Shown here: positions 31,053 through 41,349 of the stretch, piece by piece
How positions within the stretch are numbered: the stretch's first letter is position 1
Layout of the letters: the number at the start of each line of letters is the position of its first letter
Assembly (NCBI GenBank): GCA_039000425.1
Contig: JAWBPV010000001.1
Location: forward strand, 38 to 64,037
Reading direction: 5' to 3'
Source: Candidatus Aenigmatarchaeota archaeon
GTDB taxonomy: Archaea > Aenigmatarchaeota > Aenigmatarchaeia > CG10238-14 > SCSR01
Length of the DNA: 64,000 nucleotides
Program-made: the position numbers and the translations under genes
The notes under the pieces: model-generated
Told to the model about the DNA's origin: nothing
The model's input: the letters and a program-made list of their open reading frames with translations, nothing else
Database searches by the model: none

Positions 31053-31529
31053 TCAATCTTTCCAAACTATTACCCTCGCGAACACTCTTCTTATCTCACC
31101 ATTCAAATCTTGAATAAGCATAGGCAGCTCATAAACAACTCGTGTTATTGAGCCAATTGGCATTTTACCGTAATATGGGGAAACTATTAATAGGGTGGAA
31201 TTTTGAAATTGATAACCAGTCGAATTCGTTACAGTTACTGTAACGAGGAAAGAACCAATTCTAGATGGGGCATTGAAAATACAGCTCCAATTGCCATAAG
31301 CATCGGTAGGAGGACAAGAATAGTTAACTCCATCAACACTTAAACTAACACTACCACTTACCCCAGTCCCATTTGAATATTTAGCAATTCCATTTGCTTT
31401 CACACTATCATTCCACCATACCTTTGTGGAGTTCAAATTTATTGTAACGCTACCTGAATTTAAAGCTATAGAAAAAACAGATAGTAAAAATATGATGATC
31501 AACGAAAGGATTAACAGCTTTATCTTCAT
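31053..31529 (-). CDS. Secreted Ig-like/beta-rich protein
   Basis: N-terminal signal peptide, beta-rich, N-glycosylation sequons. Confidence 0.6.
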   Translation of the reverse strand: MKIKLLILSLIIIFLLSVFSIALNSGSVTINLNSTKVWWNDSVKANGIAKYSNGTGVSGSVSLSVDGVNYSCPPTDAYGNWSCIFNAPSRIGSFLVTVTVTNSTGYQFQNSTLLIVSPYYGKMPIGSITRVVYELPMLIQDLNGEIRRVFARVIVWKD

Positions 31530-31570
31530 ATTATTTATTAAGTCAATAGCTCAAATTAAATTGTGATGAT

Positions 31571-31984
31571 ATGGATGAAGAAAAAGAGCTGCAAGAAAAA
31601 GTGTTAGCACACAAGGTGATAGAAGCTAGGATAGAAGAATTGTTAAAACAAAGGGAAATATTGTTAAAAAACTTGGCCGAGATTGAAGAAACGATAGAAG
31701 GGATTGAAGAACTTAAAGAAAAAAATGATGTTCTTTTTTCCTTAGGTTCTCAAACCTACATTCCATGTAAAGTTGTTGAAAAAGATAAGATAATAGTTGA
31801 AATAGGAGCAGATGTTGCGATTGAGAAAAATTTGGAAGAAGGGAAGAAAATTTTGGAAAAAAGGAAGGAAGAAATTTCTCGATCTATAGCGAACATAGAA
31901 GCTGCTATAAGTCAACTTTCTTCTGGTCTAAAAGAATTGGGAAAAGAAATAAGAGAACTTATCGATAAAAGAAAGGCTGGTTAA
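31571..31984 (+). CDS. pfdA: Prefoldin subunit alpha
   Basis: Coiled coils flanking FSLGS...IVEIGADVAIEK; upstream of ftsY. Confidence 0.9.
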   Translation: MDEEKELQEKVLAHKVIEARIEELLKQREILLKNLAEIEETIEGIEELKEKNDVLFSLGSQTYIPCKVVEKDKIIVEIGADVAIEKNLEEGKKILEKRKEEISRSIANIEAAISQLSSGLKELGKEIRELIDKRKAG

Positions 31985-32959
31985 ATGTTTGAAATTTTGA
32001 AGGATAAGTTGAAGAAAGTGGTAAAATCCATTTCTGAAAAAATAGAAAAGAAAGAAAAAGTTGAAGAAATTAAGGAAGAAAAAAGTGGGGGGATCTTTGA
32101 AAAAATAGTTAAAGTGATGAAAGAAAAAACACTGGAGGAGGAGGATGTTGAACTTATACTGGATGAATTTTCGATGGAGTTGATAGAGGCTGATGTAGCT
32201 TATGAGGTTGTTGAAAAAATCAAAGAAGATTTGAAAAAGAGTTTAATAGGTAGAGCTGTAAAAAAAGGAGAAGAAAAGAAATTTGTGTTAGAGGCTTTGA
32301 AGAAAAGCTTGTTGGAAATATTGTGTGTTCCTGAAATTGATTTAAAAAAGGCTGTGGAGAATAAAAAACCTTACATCATCTTGTTCCTAGGTTTTAACGG
32401 TAGTGGTAAAACTAGCTCGATCGTAAAGCTTGGGAAGTATTTGAAGGATAGTGGTTATTCTTGTGTTTTTGCAGCTTCGGATACTTTTAGAGCGGCAAGT
32501 ATAGAACAGTTGGAAGAACAAGCAAAGCCCATAGGCATTAAAGTTGTAAAACAAAAATACGGAGCAGATCCTGCTGCAGTAGCTTTCGATGCAATAGCCC
32601 ACGCTAAAGCTAATGGGATTCATTTCGTTTTAATAGATACTGCAGGGAGATCTCATACCAACAAAAACTTAATGGAACAGATGAAAAAAATAGTTAGAGT
32701 CGCAAAGCCTGATTTAAAGGTTTTAGTCGTCGATTCACTTACAGGGAATGATGCTGTATCCCAAGCGAGATTTTTTAACGAAATTGGAATTGATGCAGTT
32801 ATTTTCACAAAAGTTGATGTTAATGAAAAGGGTGGATCTATTCTTTCCGTACTTCATGAACTTAAAAAACCTGTTCTGTTCTTGAGCTCGGGCCAAGGAT
32901 ATGAAAATTTAGAAAAATTCGATCCTCAAAAATTTGTTGATAATTTGTTAGAGATTTAA
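31985..32959 (+). CDS. ftsY: SRP receptor FtsY
   Basis: GFNGSGKT, DTFRAA, DTAGR, TKVD. Confidence 0.95.
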   Translation: MFEILKDKLKKVVKSISEKIEKKEKVEEIKEEKSGGIFEKIVKVMKEKTLEEEDVELILDEFSMELIEADVAYEVVEKIKEDLKKSLIGRAVKKGEEKKFVLEALKKSLLEILCVPEIDLKKAVENKKPYIILFLGFNGSGKTSSIVKLGKYLKDSGYSCVFAASDTFRAASIEQLEEQAKPIGIKVVKQKYGADPAAVAFDAIAHAKANGIHFVLIDTAGRSHTNKNLMEQMKKIVRVAKPDLKVLVVDSLTGNDAVSQARFFNEIGIDAVIFTKVDVNEKGGSILSVLHELKKPVLFLSSGQGYENLEKFDPQKFVDNLLEI

Positions 32960-32981
32960 TTTAAATATAACACTCAAATTA

Positions 32982-34310
32982 TTGATTATGTTTGAAATTA
33001 TAGGTAAAGGACTTTCCAGTATAATAAAAAGGTTGATATCTTCAACTAGTGTTGATAAAAAAAATGTTGAAGAATTGTTGAAAGATTTGAAGAAAGTGTT
33101 GCTACAAGCAGATGTAGAGGTGTATTTGGTTGAAGAGTTATTAGAGAAAATTAAAAAAAGGTGTTTAGAAGAGAAAATTCCAGCGGGTTTGACTTTACGC
33201 GAACATTTACTTAAAACAATTTATGAAGAACTAGTTAAACTTCTTGGAGAAAAACAAGCCAAATTGATTGGTAAGAAAAAAATAATGCTCGTCGGCCTCT
33301 TTGGTAGTGGTAAGACAACTTCGGCAGGTAAGCTCGCATATTACTTACAAAAACAAGGTTTTAAAACTGCGTTGGTTGGTTTGGATTACCACAGACCTGC
33401 TGCACCAGAGCAACTTCAACAAATAGCAAAAAATATCAACGTTCCTGTTCATGTCAGTGAAAGTAAAAATCCTTTTGTTGCTGCGATTGAAGGATTGAAA
33501 AAGTTTGAGAAATATGATGTAATAATCTTTGATACAGCAGGAAGAAATGCATTGGATAAAGAACTTGCCGGAGAACTCAAAAAACTTGGAGAATTGATAA
33601 AACCTGATGAAGTTATCTTAACCATACCTGCAGATCTCGGAAAAATTGCTAGATCTCAATCTGAAGAATTCAACAAGCTTGTTGGTATAACGGGTATATT
33701 CATAACGAAAATGGATGGTACAGCTAAAGGTGGTGGTGCGATCGCAGCTTGTTCAGTAACTAGAGCCAAAGTCAAATTTTTAGGTTTTGGTGAGCATTTG
33801 GAAGATTTAGAACCTTACGATCCTGAGAGATTCGTTTCAAGACTTTTGGGTTTAGGCGATTTACAGACTTTATTGGAAAAAGTGAAAGAAGTTGAGATAA
33901 AACCGGAGAAAGTTGAAAAAATAGTTGAAGGTAAATTCACGTTGCAAGATTTTGTAGAACAATTAGAATCGATAAGTAAAATTGGTCCGCTTAGTAAAAT
34001 GGTTAGTATGATCCCTGGCTTGGGGATGAAGGTCCCGGAAGATGTCATCCAAAAACAAGAGGAAAAGATAAAACATTTCAAGTACATAATTCAATCCATG
34101 ACTAAGCAAGAAAGGGAAAATCCAGAAATAATAAACGCTTCTAGAATAGCTAGGATAGCAAAAGGTAGCGGAAGACCTGAGAGTGAGGTCAGGGAGTTGC
34201 TCCATCAGTATGAACAAATGAAAAAAATGATGAAAATGTTTGGTGGGAAAGCTGGTTTAGAAAGGGGTGTTCTTGCAAAGATGATGAAACAGTTGGGTTT
34301 AAATTTATGA
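32982..34310 (+). CDS. srp54: Signal recognition particle protein Srp54
   Basis: GSGKTT, DTAGR, TKMDGTAKGGG, M domain SMT..ER..P..RI.RIAKGSG. Confidence 0.96.
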   Translation: MIMFEIIGKGLSSIIKRLISSTSVDKKNVEELLKDLKKVLLQADVEVYLVEELLEKIKKRCLEEKIPAGLTLREHLLKTIYEELVKLLGEKQAKLIGKKKIMLVGLFGSGKTTSAGKLAYYLQKQGFKTALVGLDYHRPAAPEQLQQIAKNINVPVHVSESKNPFVAAIEGLKKFEKYDVIIFDTAGRNALDKELAGELKKLGELIKPDEVILTIPADLGKIARSQSEEFNKLVGITGIFITKMDGTAKGGGAIAACSVTRAKVKFLGFGEHLEDLEPYDPERFVSRLLGLGDLQTLLEKVKEVEIKPEKVEKIVEGKFTLQDFVEQLESISKIGPLSKMVSMIPGLGMKVPEDVIQKQEEKIKHFKYIIQSMTKQERENPEIINASRIARIAKGSGRPESEVRELLHQYEQMKKMMKMFGGKAGLERGVLAKMMKQLGLNL

Positions 34311-34900
34311 GGGAATTCATCCTTAAAGCATCTAAAGCTTTCACAACCCCTTTCAACTTGAACGATTTGTTCAACGCAGGTAGGATGGATTTGGTTTGTA
34401 GATGTATATCTAACGCTTTCTTCGTTTCAGAAGCTTTAAGGAAAGATGTGATTTTTCATGTTGTTCTTGAAGGTCCAAAAAGACCACCAAAACTGATGAG
34501 TTTCTTCGGTGAGGATTTGAAGAACATAAAGCCAGATGAAAGAAATATTGGAAGTATAATAAACCGGGCACTTGAATTGGGTTTAAAACTTGAAAAAGGG
34601 GAAATAATTGAAATATCGGACGGAATTTTCATATCAAAGAAAAGTTTCGAAGAATTGTTGAAAGAAAAATTAGGTAAAAAACAAATTCTTTACCTTCACC
34701 CAAAGGGTGTAGATATAAGGGAGTTTAATTTCGAAAAAGATTTTTGCTTCATCCTAGGCGACCATAGAGGTTTGCCGAAAAAGACTGAAAATTTGTTGGA
34801 AAGGATTGGTGCTGAAAGGGTTTCGGTCGGTAAAGTAACTTACTTATCTTCTCAAGTAATAGTGATATGTCACAATGAACTCGATAGAAGAAATTTATAA
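34307..34900 (+). CDS. trmY: tRNA (pseudouridine54-N1)-methyltransferase
   Basis: GRMDLVCRC, PDERN, LGDHRG, HNELDRR. Confidence 0.93.
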   Translation: MREFILKASKAFTTPFNLNDLFNAGRMDLVCRCISNAFFVSEALRKDVIFHVVLEGPKRPPKLMSFFGEDLKNIKPDERNIGSIINRALELGLKLEKGEIIEISDGIFISKKSFEELLKEKLGKKQILYLHPKGVDIREFNFEKDFCFILGDHRGLPKKTENLLERIGAERVSVGKVTYLSSQVIVICHNELDRRNL

Positions 34901-34923
34901 CTTTTTGAATAATTATAAATTAA

Positions 34924-35340
34924 ATGAAATTCAGAGTTTGGTTTCTATTTCCGATTTTAATCATTCTAATCATGTTAATCAGTTACATCTTCTTCACACC
35001 AAGAGATCTTTACAGAAATGATTGTAAAAAGAATTTAACAGTTAACCTTATGTTTGTGTATTCTTATGGTTGTCCTCATTGCAAAGCCGAGTTACTCAAG
35101 ATTAAGAGTTTAAACTTGAGTAACGAGTTTTATATGGTGGATGCCAATGATGCAAGTTGTGAAAATATGATTAAACAATATTCCGATTACTTGATTTACC
35201 ACAAGAATTCTAACATTCCCTCTAAAATCGGTTTAATGGTCCCGACAAAAATTTGTTTAAAAAACAATAAAACTCATGTTGGTGAAATGGAGGAAGAAGA
35301 GCTTAAGCAATTTTATGAATCTTGTGTTAACAAAACGTAA
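34924..35340 (+). CDS. Membrane-anchored thioredoxin-fold protein
   Basis: N-terminal TM helix, GCPHC, VPT. Confidence 0.7.
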   Translation: MKFRVWFLFPILIILIMLISYIFFTPRDLYRNDCKKNLTVNLMFVYSYGCPHCKAELLKIKSLNLSNEFYMVDANDASCENMIKQYSDYLIYHKNSNIPSKIGLMVPTKICLKNNKTHVGEMEEEELKQFYESCVNKT

Positions 35341-35357
35341 ATAAAAGAGATTATAAA

Positions 35358-36263
35358 TTGATAAGTATGATTTACGTCGTAGGACATAAAGCACCTGACA
35401 CGGATAGTGTATGCTCGGCAATAGTTTACGCTGGTTTGAAAGGTTTTAAGCCAGTCGTGGCTGGAGAAATAAACGAAGAAACTAAGTATGTTCTAGATTA
35501 CTTTAAAGTACCAATTCCTGAAAAAATAGAAAATGCTAGTGGGAAAACTCTTGTTCTTGTCGATCATAATGAGCCTTCTCAAAGAGTTGATGGTGCTGAA
35601 AAAATAATCGCAATAATCGATCATCATAAAATGAACTTCAATTATCCAGAGCCAATTTTCGTGCACGTAGAGCCTGTTGGTAGCACAGCCACGATTATAG
35701 CAAAAATGTTTCTAGAGGAAATAAAGAAGGATGAAACTTATTCTGGTTTGTTACTTGCTGCAATTTTATCAGATACTGTTGTTTTCAAATCACCAACAAC
35801 TACTGAAGATGACAGGAAAATCGCAGAAGAATTGGCAAAAGTGGCAAAAATTCCAGATATGATTAAATTCGGTATTGAGATAAAAAAAGTTAAAACAAAC
35901 ATAAAAAATAGGGAGATTCCGGATATAATACTTGAAGATTTTAAGGATTATGAATTTTTTGGAAAGAAAGTCGGGATAGGGCAAGTTGAAGTTGTTGATT
36001 TAGAAGAAGTGGAAGAAAGGAAAGGAGAAATATTAGATTTTCTAAAAAAGCTTAAAGAAGATAGGGGTTATGAAATAGTCCTCTTCATGGCAACTGACAT
36101 AATGAAAGAAGGTACTGAATTGTATTTCGTTGGGAATCATATCATAGTGGAAAAAGCATTTGGTTTTAAACTTGAAGGGAACTCGATTTGGCTTCCAGGA
36201 GTGATGTCGAGGAAGAAACAAGTTGTTCCTGGAATAGAAAAAGCTTGTTCAGAAAATTACTAA
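35358..36263 (+). CDS. ppaC: Manganese-dependent inorganic pyrophosphatase
   Basis: GHKAPDTDS, VDHN, DHH, ILSDT, SRKKQ. Confidence 0.95.
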   Translation: MISMIYVVGHKAPDTDSVCSAIVYAGLKGFKPVVAGEINEETKYVLDYFKVPIPEKIENASGKTLVLVDHNEPSQRVDGAEKIIAIIDHHKMNFNYPEPIFVHVEPVGSTATIIAKMFLEEIKKDETYSGLLLAAILSDTVVFKSPTTTEDDRKIAEELAKVAKIPDMIKFGIEIKKVKTNIKNREIPDIILEDFKDYEFFGKKVGIGQVEVVDLEEVEERKGEILDFLKKLKEDRGYEIVLFMATDIMKEGTELYFVGNHIIVEKAFGFKLEGNSIWLPGVMSRKKQVVPGIEKACSENY

Positions 36264-36300
36264 TTTTTTCAATTTTATTTAAAGCTAAAATAGTGATAAG

Positions 36301-37578
36301 ATGAAGTTGGAAGAAAAAATCGTTGAAACTTTGAAGTTGGGCTTCATCTGTGATTCGTGTCTTGGAAGGATTTGTGGGAATTTATTGAGTGGTTTTTCCA
36401 ACATGGAAAGGGGTAAAATTTTGAGGAGCTACATGGCCTTTCTCCTAGATTCTGGAGAAAAAATAGAAGTTGATATGAGCAATTTTTTTGGAATAAAGTT
36501 TAAGAACTTTAGAATAGAAACAAAAAAACCTGAGAAATGTAAGATATGCCAGAATTTTTTTACAGAAGAAATCGAAACTTGGGTAAAAAAAATTGTAGAA
36601 GAAGTGAAAGGGATAGAGTTTGAAACTTTTCTTATAGGATCTATACCGAGAGATGAAATGTTGAGGGAAGAAGAAAAGCTTTTTGAGAGAATAGGGATAG
36701 AATTTGTTGAATCCATAAAGAGTGAAATAAATAGGGAAATTGGCAAGAAAGTAGAAAAAGCTACTGGTAAAAAATTCTCATCCAAAAACCCAGATTTAAC
36801 CTTGATAGTAAACTTGAAAACTGGTAAAATAAAGAAAGAGATAAGGAGTTTGTTCATATATGGTGAATATAAAAAGTTTGCGAGAAATATACCACAATCC
36901 AAGTGGTTATGTCCCAAATGTAAAGGTAAAGGCTGCACTTCTTGTGAAGGTACGGGTAAACTTTATCCAACATCGATTCAAGAAATAATAGAAAAACCTT
37001 TCCTCAAACTCACCAAAGCAAAAAAAACATCTTTTCATTGTTCGGGAAGAGAAGATATAGACGCCAGATGTCTTGACGGAAGACCTTTTGTGATAGAAAT
37101 AATAAAACCTATCAAGAGGAAAATTGATCTAAAAAAAGTGGAAAGGGAGATAAACAAGTCGAAGAAAGTAAAAGTAAAGCTCTTTGGGTTTGTGGATAAG
37201 AGGTTTGTTGTTAAGATAAAGGGTGAAAAATTTGATAAGACTTACTTGGCTGAAGTTGAATTTGAGAATGAATTGGATAAAAATAGGATTAGAGATTTGA
37301 AAAAATTGGAAGGTATGATTATATCTCAGAGAACACCGTTGAGAATTATCCACAGGAAATCTGACAAAGTCAGGAGAAGGGTTGTGAAAAAAATAAGTTG
37401 GAAAATTGTTGGGAAGAGGAAATGTATTTTCAAGATAAGGACCCAATCCGGGCTTTACGTAAAAGAGCTGATATCAGGTGATATGGGAAGAACATCGCCA
37501 AGTATAGCAGAATTAATATCTAACAAACCAAAAAAGATAAAGTTGGATGTGATAAAAATTCATAAGGGAGAAAGATGA
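36301..37578 (+). CDS. pus10: tRNA pseudouridine(54/55) synthase Pus10
   Basis: CDSCLGR, THUMP-like region, GREDIDAR, GLYVKELISGD.GRT.PS. Confidence 0.94.
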   Translation: MKLEEKIVETLKLGFICDSCLGRICGNLLSGFSNMERGKILRSYMAFLLDSGEKIEVDMSNFFGIKFKNFRIETKKPEKCKICQNFFTEEIETWVKKIVEEVKGIEFETFLIGSIPRDEMLREEEKLFERIGIEFVESIKSEINREIGKKVEKATGKKFSSKNPDLTLIVNLKTGKIKKEIRSLFIYGEYKKFARNIPQSKWLCPKCKGKGCTSCEGTGKLYPTSIQEIIEKPFLKLTKAKKTSFHCSGREDIDARCLDGRPFVIEIIKPIKRKIDLKKVEREINKSKKVKVKLFGFVDKRFVVKIKGEKFDKTYLAEVEFENELDKNRIRDLKKLEGMIISQRTPLRIIHRKSDKVRRRVVKKISWKIVGKRKCIFKIRTQSGLYVKELISGDMGRTSPSIAELISNKPKKIKLDVIKIHKGER

Positions 37579-37859
37579 AGAAATCCAGGGGAATGAGAAT
37601 AAAAACTAGGAAAACTTTAAAACAAGAGCCTGGTTACAGGCCACCTGTAACAAAGTTCTTGAGGGAATTTAACATAGGCCAAAAAGTCGTTATAAACCAA
37701 GAACCTTCTTCCCATAAAGGAATGCCACATCCAAGGTATAAAGGTAGGGTAGGTACGGTGATAGGAAAAAGGGGAAAAAGTTATATTGTCGAAATAACAA
37801 ATGGGGATAAAGCGAAAAAGATAATTTCAAGACCAGAACACTTAAAGGTGGTAAAATGA
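37575..37859 (+). CDS. rpl21e: 50S ribosomal protein L21e
   Basis: KGMPHPRYKGRVG...RPEHL. Confidence 0.96.
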   Translation: MKKSRGMRIKTRKTLKQEPGYRPPVTKFLREFNIGQKVVINQEPSSHKGMPHPRYKGRVGTVIGKRGKSYIVEITNGDKAKKIISRPEHLKVVK

Positions 37860-38179
37860 ATGTGTTATCGGAAAAAGATGTAACTAATGTGGAAGCAAAA
37901 GAGATACTGGAAGAAAGGGAAAAAGAGAAAGAGCTGAAGTATGAGCAAAAAGTTACTCTCGCTCTACTCAGGAAAACATGTAGATTCGATGTAGAAAAGG
38001 TTAGAAAAATAGTTGAAGAATTGAAGTCTATAGAGAGGTTGAGAGAAAAGCAAATAGTCGCTATTGCTAATTTCTTACCTGAAGATAGGGATGAGTTACG
38101 TGCGATATTGCAAAAAGAATACACAGCACTTACAGAAGAAGAAATAGATAAAATCCTGGAAATAGTTAAAAAAGTTTGA
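37856..38179 (+). CDS. rpoF: RNA polymerase subunit Rpo4 (RpoF)
   Basis: ELKYEQ, IANFLP..DELRAI; conserved rpl21e-rpoF-DUF655 order. Confidence 0.9.
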   Translation: MNVLSEKDVTNVEAKEILEEREKEKELKYEQKVTLALLRKTCRFDVEKVRKIVEELKSIERLREKQIVAIANFLPEDRDELRAILQKEYTALTEEEIDKILEIVKKV

Positions 38180-38183
38180 TTTC

Positions 38184-38738
38184 TTGGTGATCTTCATGAA
38201 AGAAGAATTTGCGATAATACTTGATTTTTTTCCTCATGGAAAACCAGGTGATAGGAGAGCTGAGCCTGTGGCACAAGTTATCGGTGAAAAGCTCTTCACT
38301 TTGCTTGAAGTGGTGATAAAAGAGGGGAAAAATGTTAAACCTGGTGATAAAATTTACATAGGTGAAGGTAAGTGGGATGTCGTGAAATACATAAGGGGAA
38401 AGATAAAATATTCAGATCTGACAAATTTTGCCAAGAACGAACTTGAAAATGTCATAAACAACTTGGTTACAAACAACGAAGCCAGGTTTGTTAACTTTTT
38501 TAACAAAGCTGTACCTTTAAGCACTCGTTCACACATGTTAGAGTTGTTACCGGGAATCGGAAAAAAACATTTGTGGGAAATCTTGTCTAAAAGAAAAGAA
38601 GAGCCATTCAAGAGTTTTCAAGATCTGCAAGAAAGGGTTGAAATGTTGCCAGATCCGAAGAAGATGATAGTTAGGAGAATAATAAGTGAACTTGAAGAAA
38701 AGGATAGGCATAAAATTTTTGTTGGTGGGTTGTTTTAA
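38184..38738 (+). CDS. DUF655 family putative RNA-binding protein
   Basis: QVIGEKLFTLLE, LELLPGIGKK, PFKSF; conserved gene order. Confidence 0.9.
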   Translation: MVIFMKEEFAIILDFFPHGKPGDRRAEPVAQVIGEKLFTLLEVVIKEGKNVKPGDKIYIGEGKWDVVKYIRGKIKYSDLTNFAKNELENVINNLVTNNEARFVNFFNKAVPLSTRSHMLELLPGIGKKHLWEILSKRKEEPFKSFQDLQERVEMLPDPKKMIVRRIISELEEKDRHKIFVGGLF

Positions 38739-38740
38739 AT

Positions 38741-39739
38741 TTAGCATTGGCCTCCAGATCCTGAACCAGCTGATCCTATAGGACCGATTCCAGGAGATTC
38801 TGTAATGGTACTTAGAGTTTTTGAACATTCCTGTGGAGGATTCTTGAAAGCCGAGCATATAACCTGTTTTATGGATTCTGCAGCCCTATTAACGCTCACG
38901 CTCACACCATTCACAACAAAAGTTGGAGATCCTCTAACCCCATATTTATCGTTTAACTCTGAATCTATAGGATAGGGTGGAAAAGTTTCTCTACTTTCTC
39001 TGAACAATTTAGATATGTTGTATTGTTTATCTGTAGCTTCCATACAAGCATCTAGTTTCGCCTTGTCAACTTTAGCTTCAGACACACATTTTTCAGCATT
39101 TCCACTCTCTACAAAACACTTCAAGTAAGTTGTGAATTTTTCTTTTTGTTCTTTCTGTATGCAATACATTCTCGTGTTCTCTATCATTTCTTTTTCTCCA
39201 TGCATTATGTAATCCACGAAATTCACGTATAAATCTGCCTTACCACCAAGAAGCTCTATTACTGGAATATAAGCTTTCAAGAATTGCAATCCATAAGGGC
39301 AATAGCTCATTATGAAGACTCTTGCTTCTGGTCTATCTGATTTTGGAACTTCTAATTGTGGTTGTTCCTCTTCAGGTTGTTGTTTTTGGATTTGTTGATT
39401 CATGTCGAAAGCTTGTAAGAATAAATAATTTCCATCTTTTGAAGCATAAACTGAAATTTTACTCCCTCTATAACTTGTAACGATTTCATAAAAGCTACCT
39501 TTGTCGTTAACGGAAACTAAGCTTGCGTTCGTTCCAGGTTGAACCAAATTTTGATTTATGTAATTTATAACTTTTTCACCAACTTGCTGGCTTGAAATAG
39601 GAAAAACAGCTAAACCTGTTAAATTCAAAAAACCAAACAACTGTGCTAAAATTATCACTGTGAGGATTATCGTGAAAACTCGCCAAATGTTTATCTTCGG
39701 TATTTTTATCTTTATTGTTTTGGGGGCTTCTTCCACCAT
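38741..39739 (-). CDS. Membrane-anchored DsbA/thioredoxin-fold protein
   Basis: N-terminal TM helix, FIMSYCPYG, GVRGSPTFVVNG. Confidence 0.75.
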   Translation of the reverse strand: MVEEAPKTIKIKIPKINIWRVFTIILTVIILAQLFGFLNLTGLAVFPISSQQVGEKVINYINQNLVQPGTNASLVSVNDKGSFYEIVTSYRGSKISVYASKDGNYLFLQAFDMNQQIQKQQPEEEQPQLEVPKSDRPEARVFIMSYCPYGLQFLKAYIPVIELLGGKADLYVNFVDYIMHGEKEMIENTRMYCIQKEQKEKFTTYLKCFVESGNAEKCVSEAKVDKAKLDACMEATDKQYNISKLFRESRETFPPYPIDSELNDKYGVRGSPTFVVNGVSVSVNRAAESIKQVICSAFKNPPQECSKTLSTITESPGIGPIGSAGSGSGGQC

Positions 39740-39765
39740 GTTAATAGATATAAGTGTAGAAAAGC

Positions 39766-40023
39766 TTAAATACTTCTCGTTACGTTGATGACTTCAACTT
39801 CACCCACTTCCTCCACTTCTCTAATCCTTCTTTCCAATTCGTCCATTTGACCTTCCTCATCTTTAACCATTTTAACAATCTTGAGTGCGACCAAACCAAA
39901 AGCCACCGGCTCTTTTTCTATTCTTTCGGGTGAAATTTTATCGATAATCTTTCTCTCAAGGTCATCGATATCGATCTCCACATTTTTGGGAAAAATTTTC
40001 ATCTCAACTATTACTTCTACCAT
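39766..40023 (-). CDS. ef1b: Elongation factor 1-beta
   Basis: EPVAFGLVAL motif; start re-assigned to ATG at 40023 (MVEVIVEMK) because the longer ORF overlaps the upstream zinc-finger gene. Confidence 0.92.
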   Translation of the reverse strand: MVEVIVEMKIFPKNVEIDIDDLERKIIDKISPERIEKEPVAFGLVALKIVKMVKDEEGQMDELERRIREVEEVGEVEVINVTRSI

Positions 40024-40024
40024 A

Positions 40025-40186
40025 TCAAGGTCCCACGAAACCACAATTTTCACAAACATATTTATTACTTAAAGCCTTACAAGTGCTACATCTAACTATT
40101 TCAACTTTTCCACAAGCGGGACAATTAAATCTAACGAAATTATCTTTGGCCAATACGTTAATTTTACAGGTTGAACATTTGAACAT
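40025..40186 (-). CDS. Small double zinc-finger protein (HVO_2753/DUF1610-like), 53 aa
   Basis: Hand translation MFKCSTCKINVLAKDNFVRFNCPACGKVEIVRCSTCKALSNKYVCENCGFVGP; four CxxC; conserved position upstream of ef1b; not in ORF track. Confidence 0.9.
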   Translation of the reverse strand: MFKCSTCKINVLAKDNFVRFNCPACGKVEIVRCSTCKALSNKYVCENCGFVGP

Positions 40187-40234
40187 TATACCACTTAGAT
40201 TAAATTAATTATCGAGAAATATTTTTATAACTAT

Positions 40235-40319
40235 GCCCCCATCGTCTAGCCTGGATAGGACGAGAGCTTGCGGATCTGGTGAAAAGCTCTTGGCCTGGGT
40301 TCGAATCCCAGTGGGGGCA
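40235..40319 (+). tRNA. tRNA-Arg (GCG) with 11-nt intron at 37/38 (40274-40284)
   Basis: GCCCCCA/TGGGGGC acceptor, AGAGC/GCTCT stem, TT-GCG-G|ATCTGGTGAAA|A, A after GG in D-loop. Confidence 0.88.
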
Positions 40320-40324
40320 TGATA

Positions 40325-41143
40325 CTAAATCCTTAGATTATTAAAATTAACTGGTTTGGCCATGTTCCATAAATTTTTCATGTAGCTGTCCATAACAGCT
40401 ACGAAAGAAGGTTCGTTTGACCAGATTATCCTGAACTTAAATCTCCTAGCTCTAGGGTCGCTATCTAACCTTATAGCAACTTCTTTTCCATCAACCACTA
40501 ATATTCTTGGGTGAGTTTTAACTTCAAAAACTCTCAGCGGAATTTTCTGTTCATAATACCATTTTGCCCTTTGAAAATTCTCTCGATTTATCCCCATACA
40601 AATAATCCTTAATTTCACACCCCTTTTCAAACAAGATCTTATCGCCTCTCTCAACCTTTGAGAAAATGAGAAATCTCTAGTTATATCTATCGCATAATTC
40701 TTTGCTCTATCTAACATTTCCCCAAGTTTGTTCAAAGCTTCCATAGCTTTCTCGCTATTGTGTTCCCATATACCTTCTATCTCTTCCTCCCTCCTTTCAA
40801 AATTCTTCAAGTAAGCTATCACTTTATCAGCTTTTTCTTTTATGTTTTTAAGATACCCCTCTTTTTCTTCTATCAAATTTTTTATCGTAACGTTAGCGTC
40901 TATCGCCCTAAAAATCTTTGGTTTTTCATCAAAAACTTCTACCATTTGTTTCTCCATCAAATGCTCTAGAACTTCGTAAATCTTAGATCTGGGTATCTCG
41001 GCTACTTTACTTAAATCGCTAGCATTAGAAGGTCCCAACAAAACTAGTTCTGTATATGCCCTTGCTTCATAATCACTCAGACCCAACTCTTCCAACAATT
41101 TGAAAATCTCGTTTTTCTCCATACGACCCTTTTTAAATATCAT
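40325..41143 (-). CDS. TrmB family transcriptional regulator
   Basis: LGLSDYEARAY...IPRSKIYEVL winged helix plus C-terminal effector domain. Confidence 0.9.
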   Translation of the reverse strand: MIFKKGRMEKNEIFKLLEELGLSDYEARAYTELVLLGPSNASDLSKVAEIPRSKIYEVLEHLMEKQMVEVFDEKPKIFRAIDANVTIKNLIEEKEGYLKNIKEKADKVIAYLKNFERREEEIEGIWEHNSEKAMEALNKLGEMLDRAKNYAIDITRDFSFSQRLREAIRSCLKRGVKLRIICMGINRENFQRAKWYYEQKIPLRVFEVKTHPRILVVDGKEVAIRLDSDPRARRFKFRIIWSNEPSFVAVMDSYMKNLWNMAKPVNFNNLRI

Positions 41144-41160
41144 AAAACTGATTTAATAAA

Positions 41161-41295
41161 TTAAGGTGAATTCTTTTTCTTCAAAATCAAGTAGTTCTTG
41201 AAGAAAAAGATTAAACTCTCTATTTCACTGTTTTCAAAACCACATTCTTTCAAACCTTCTTTAACTTTTTCTAAACCTTTCTCCAATTTTTCCAT
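41161..41295 (-). CDS. Small hypothetical protein, 44 aa
   Basis: MEKLEKGLEKVKEGLKECGFENSEIESLIFFFKNYLILKKKNSP; fills the gap upstream of trmB; not in ORF track. Confidence 0.45.
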   Translation of the reverse strand: MEKLEKGLEKVKEGLKECGFENSEIESLIFFFKNYLILKKKNSP

Positions 41296-41349
41296 GTAGT
41301 TAGATACTACTGAAAGGTAAATGAATTTAAGCCACCACTAAGAGTGGTG
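41296..41349. promoter_or_regulatory. Two palindromes between divergent TrmB genes (candidate operators)
   Basis: GTAGT-N5-ACTAC (41296-41310) and CACCACT-N3-AGTGGTG (41333-41349). Confidence 0.5.

Noticed and set aside
40024..40059. N-terminal extension of EF-1beta
   Set aside because: Overlaps the zinc-finger gene in another frame.
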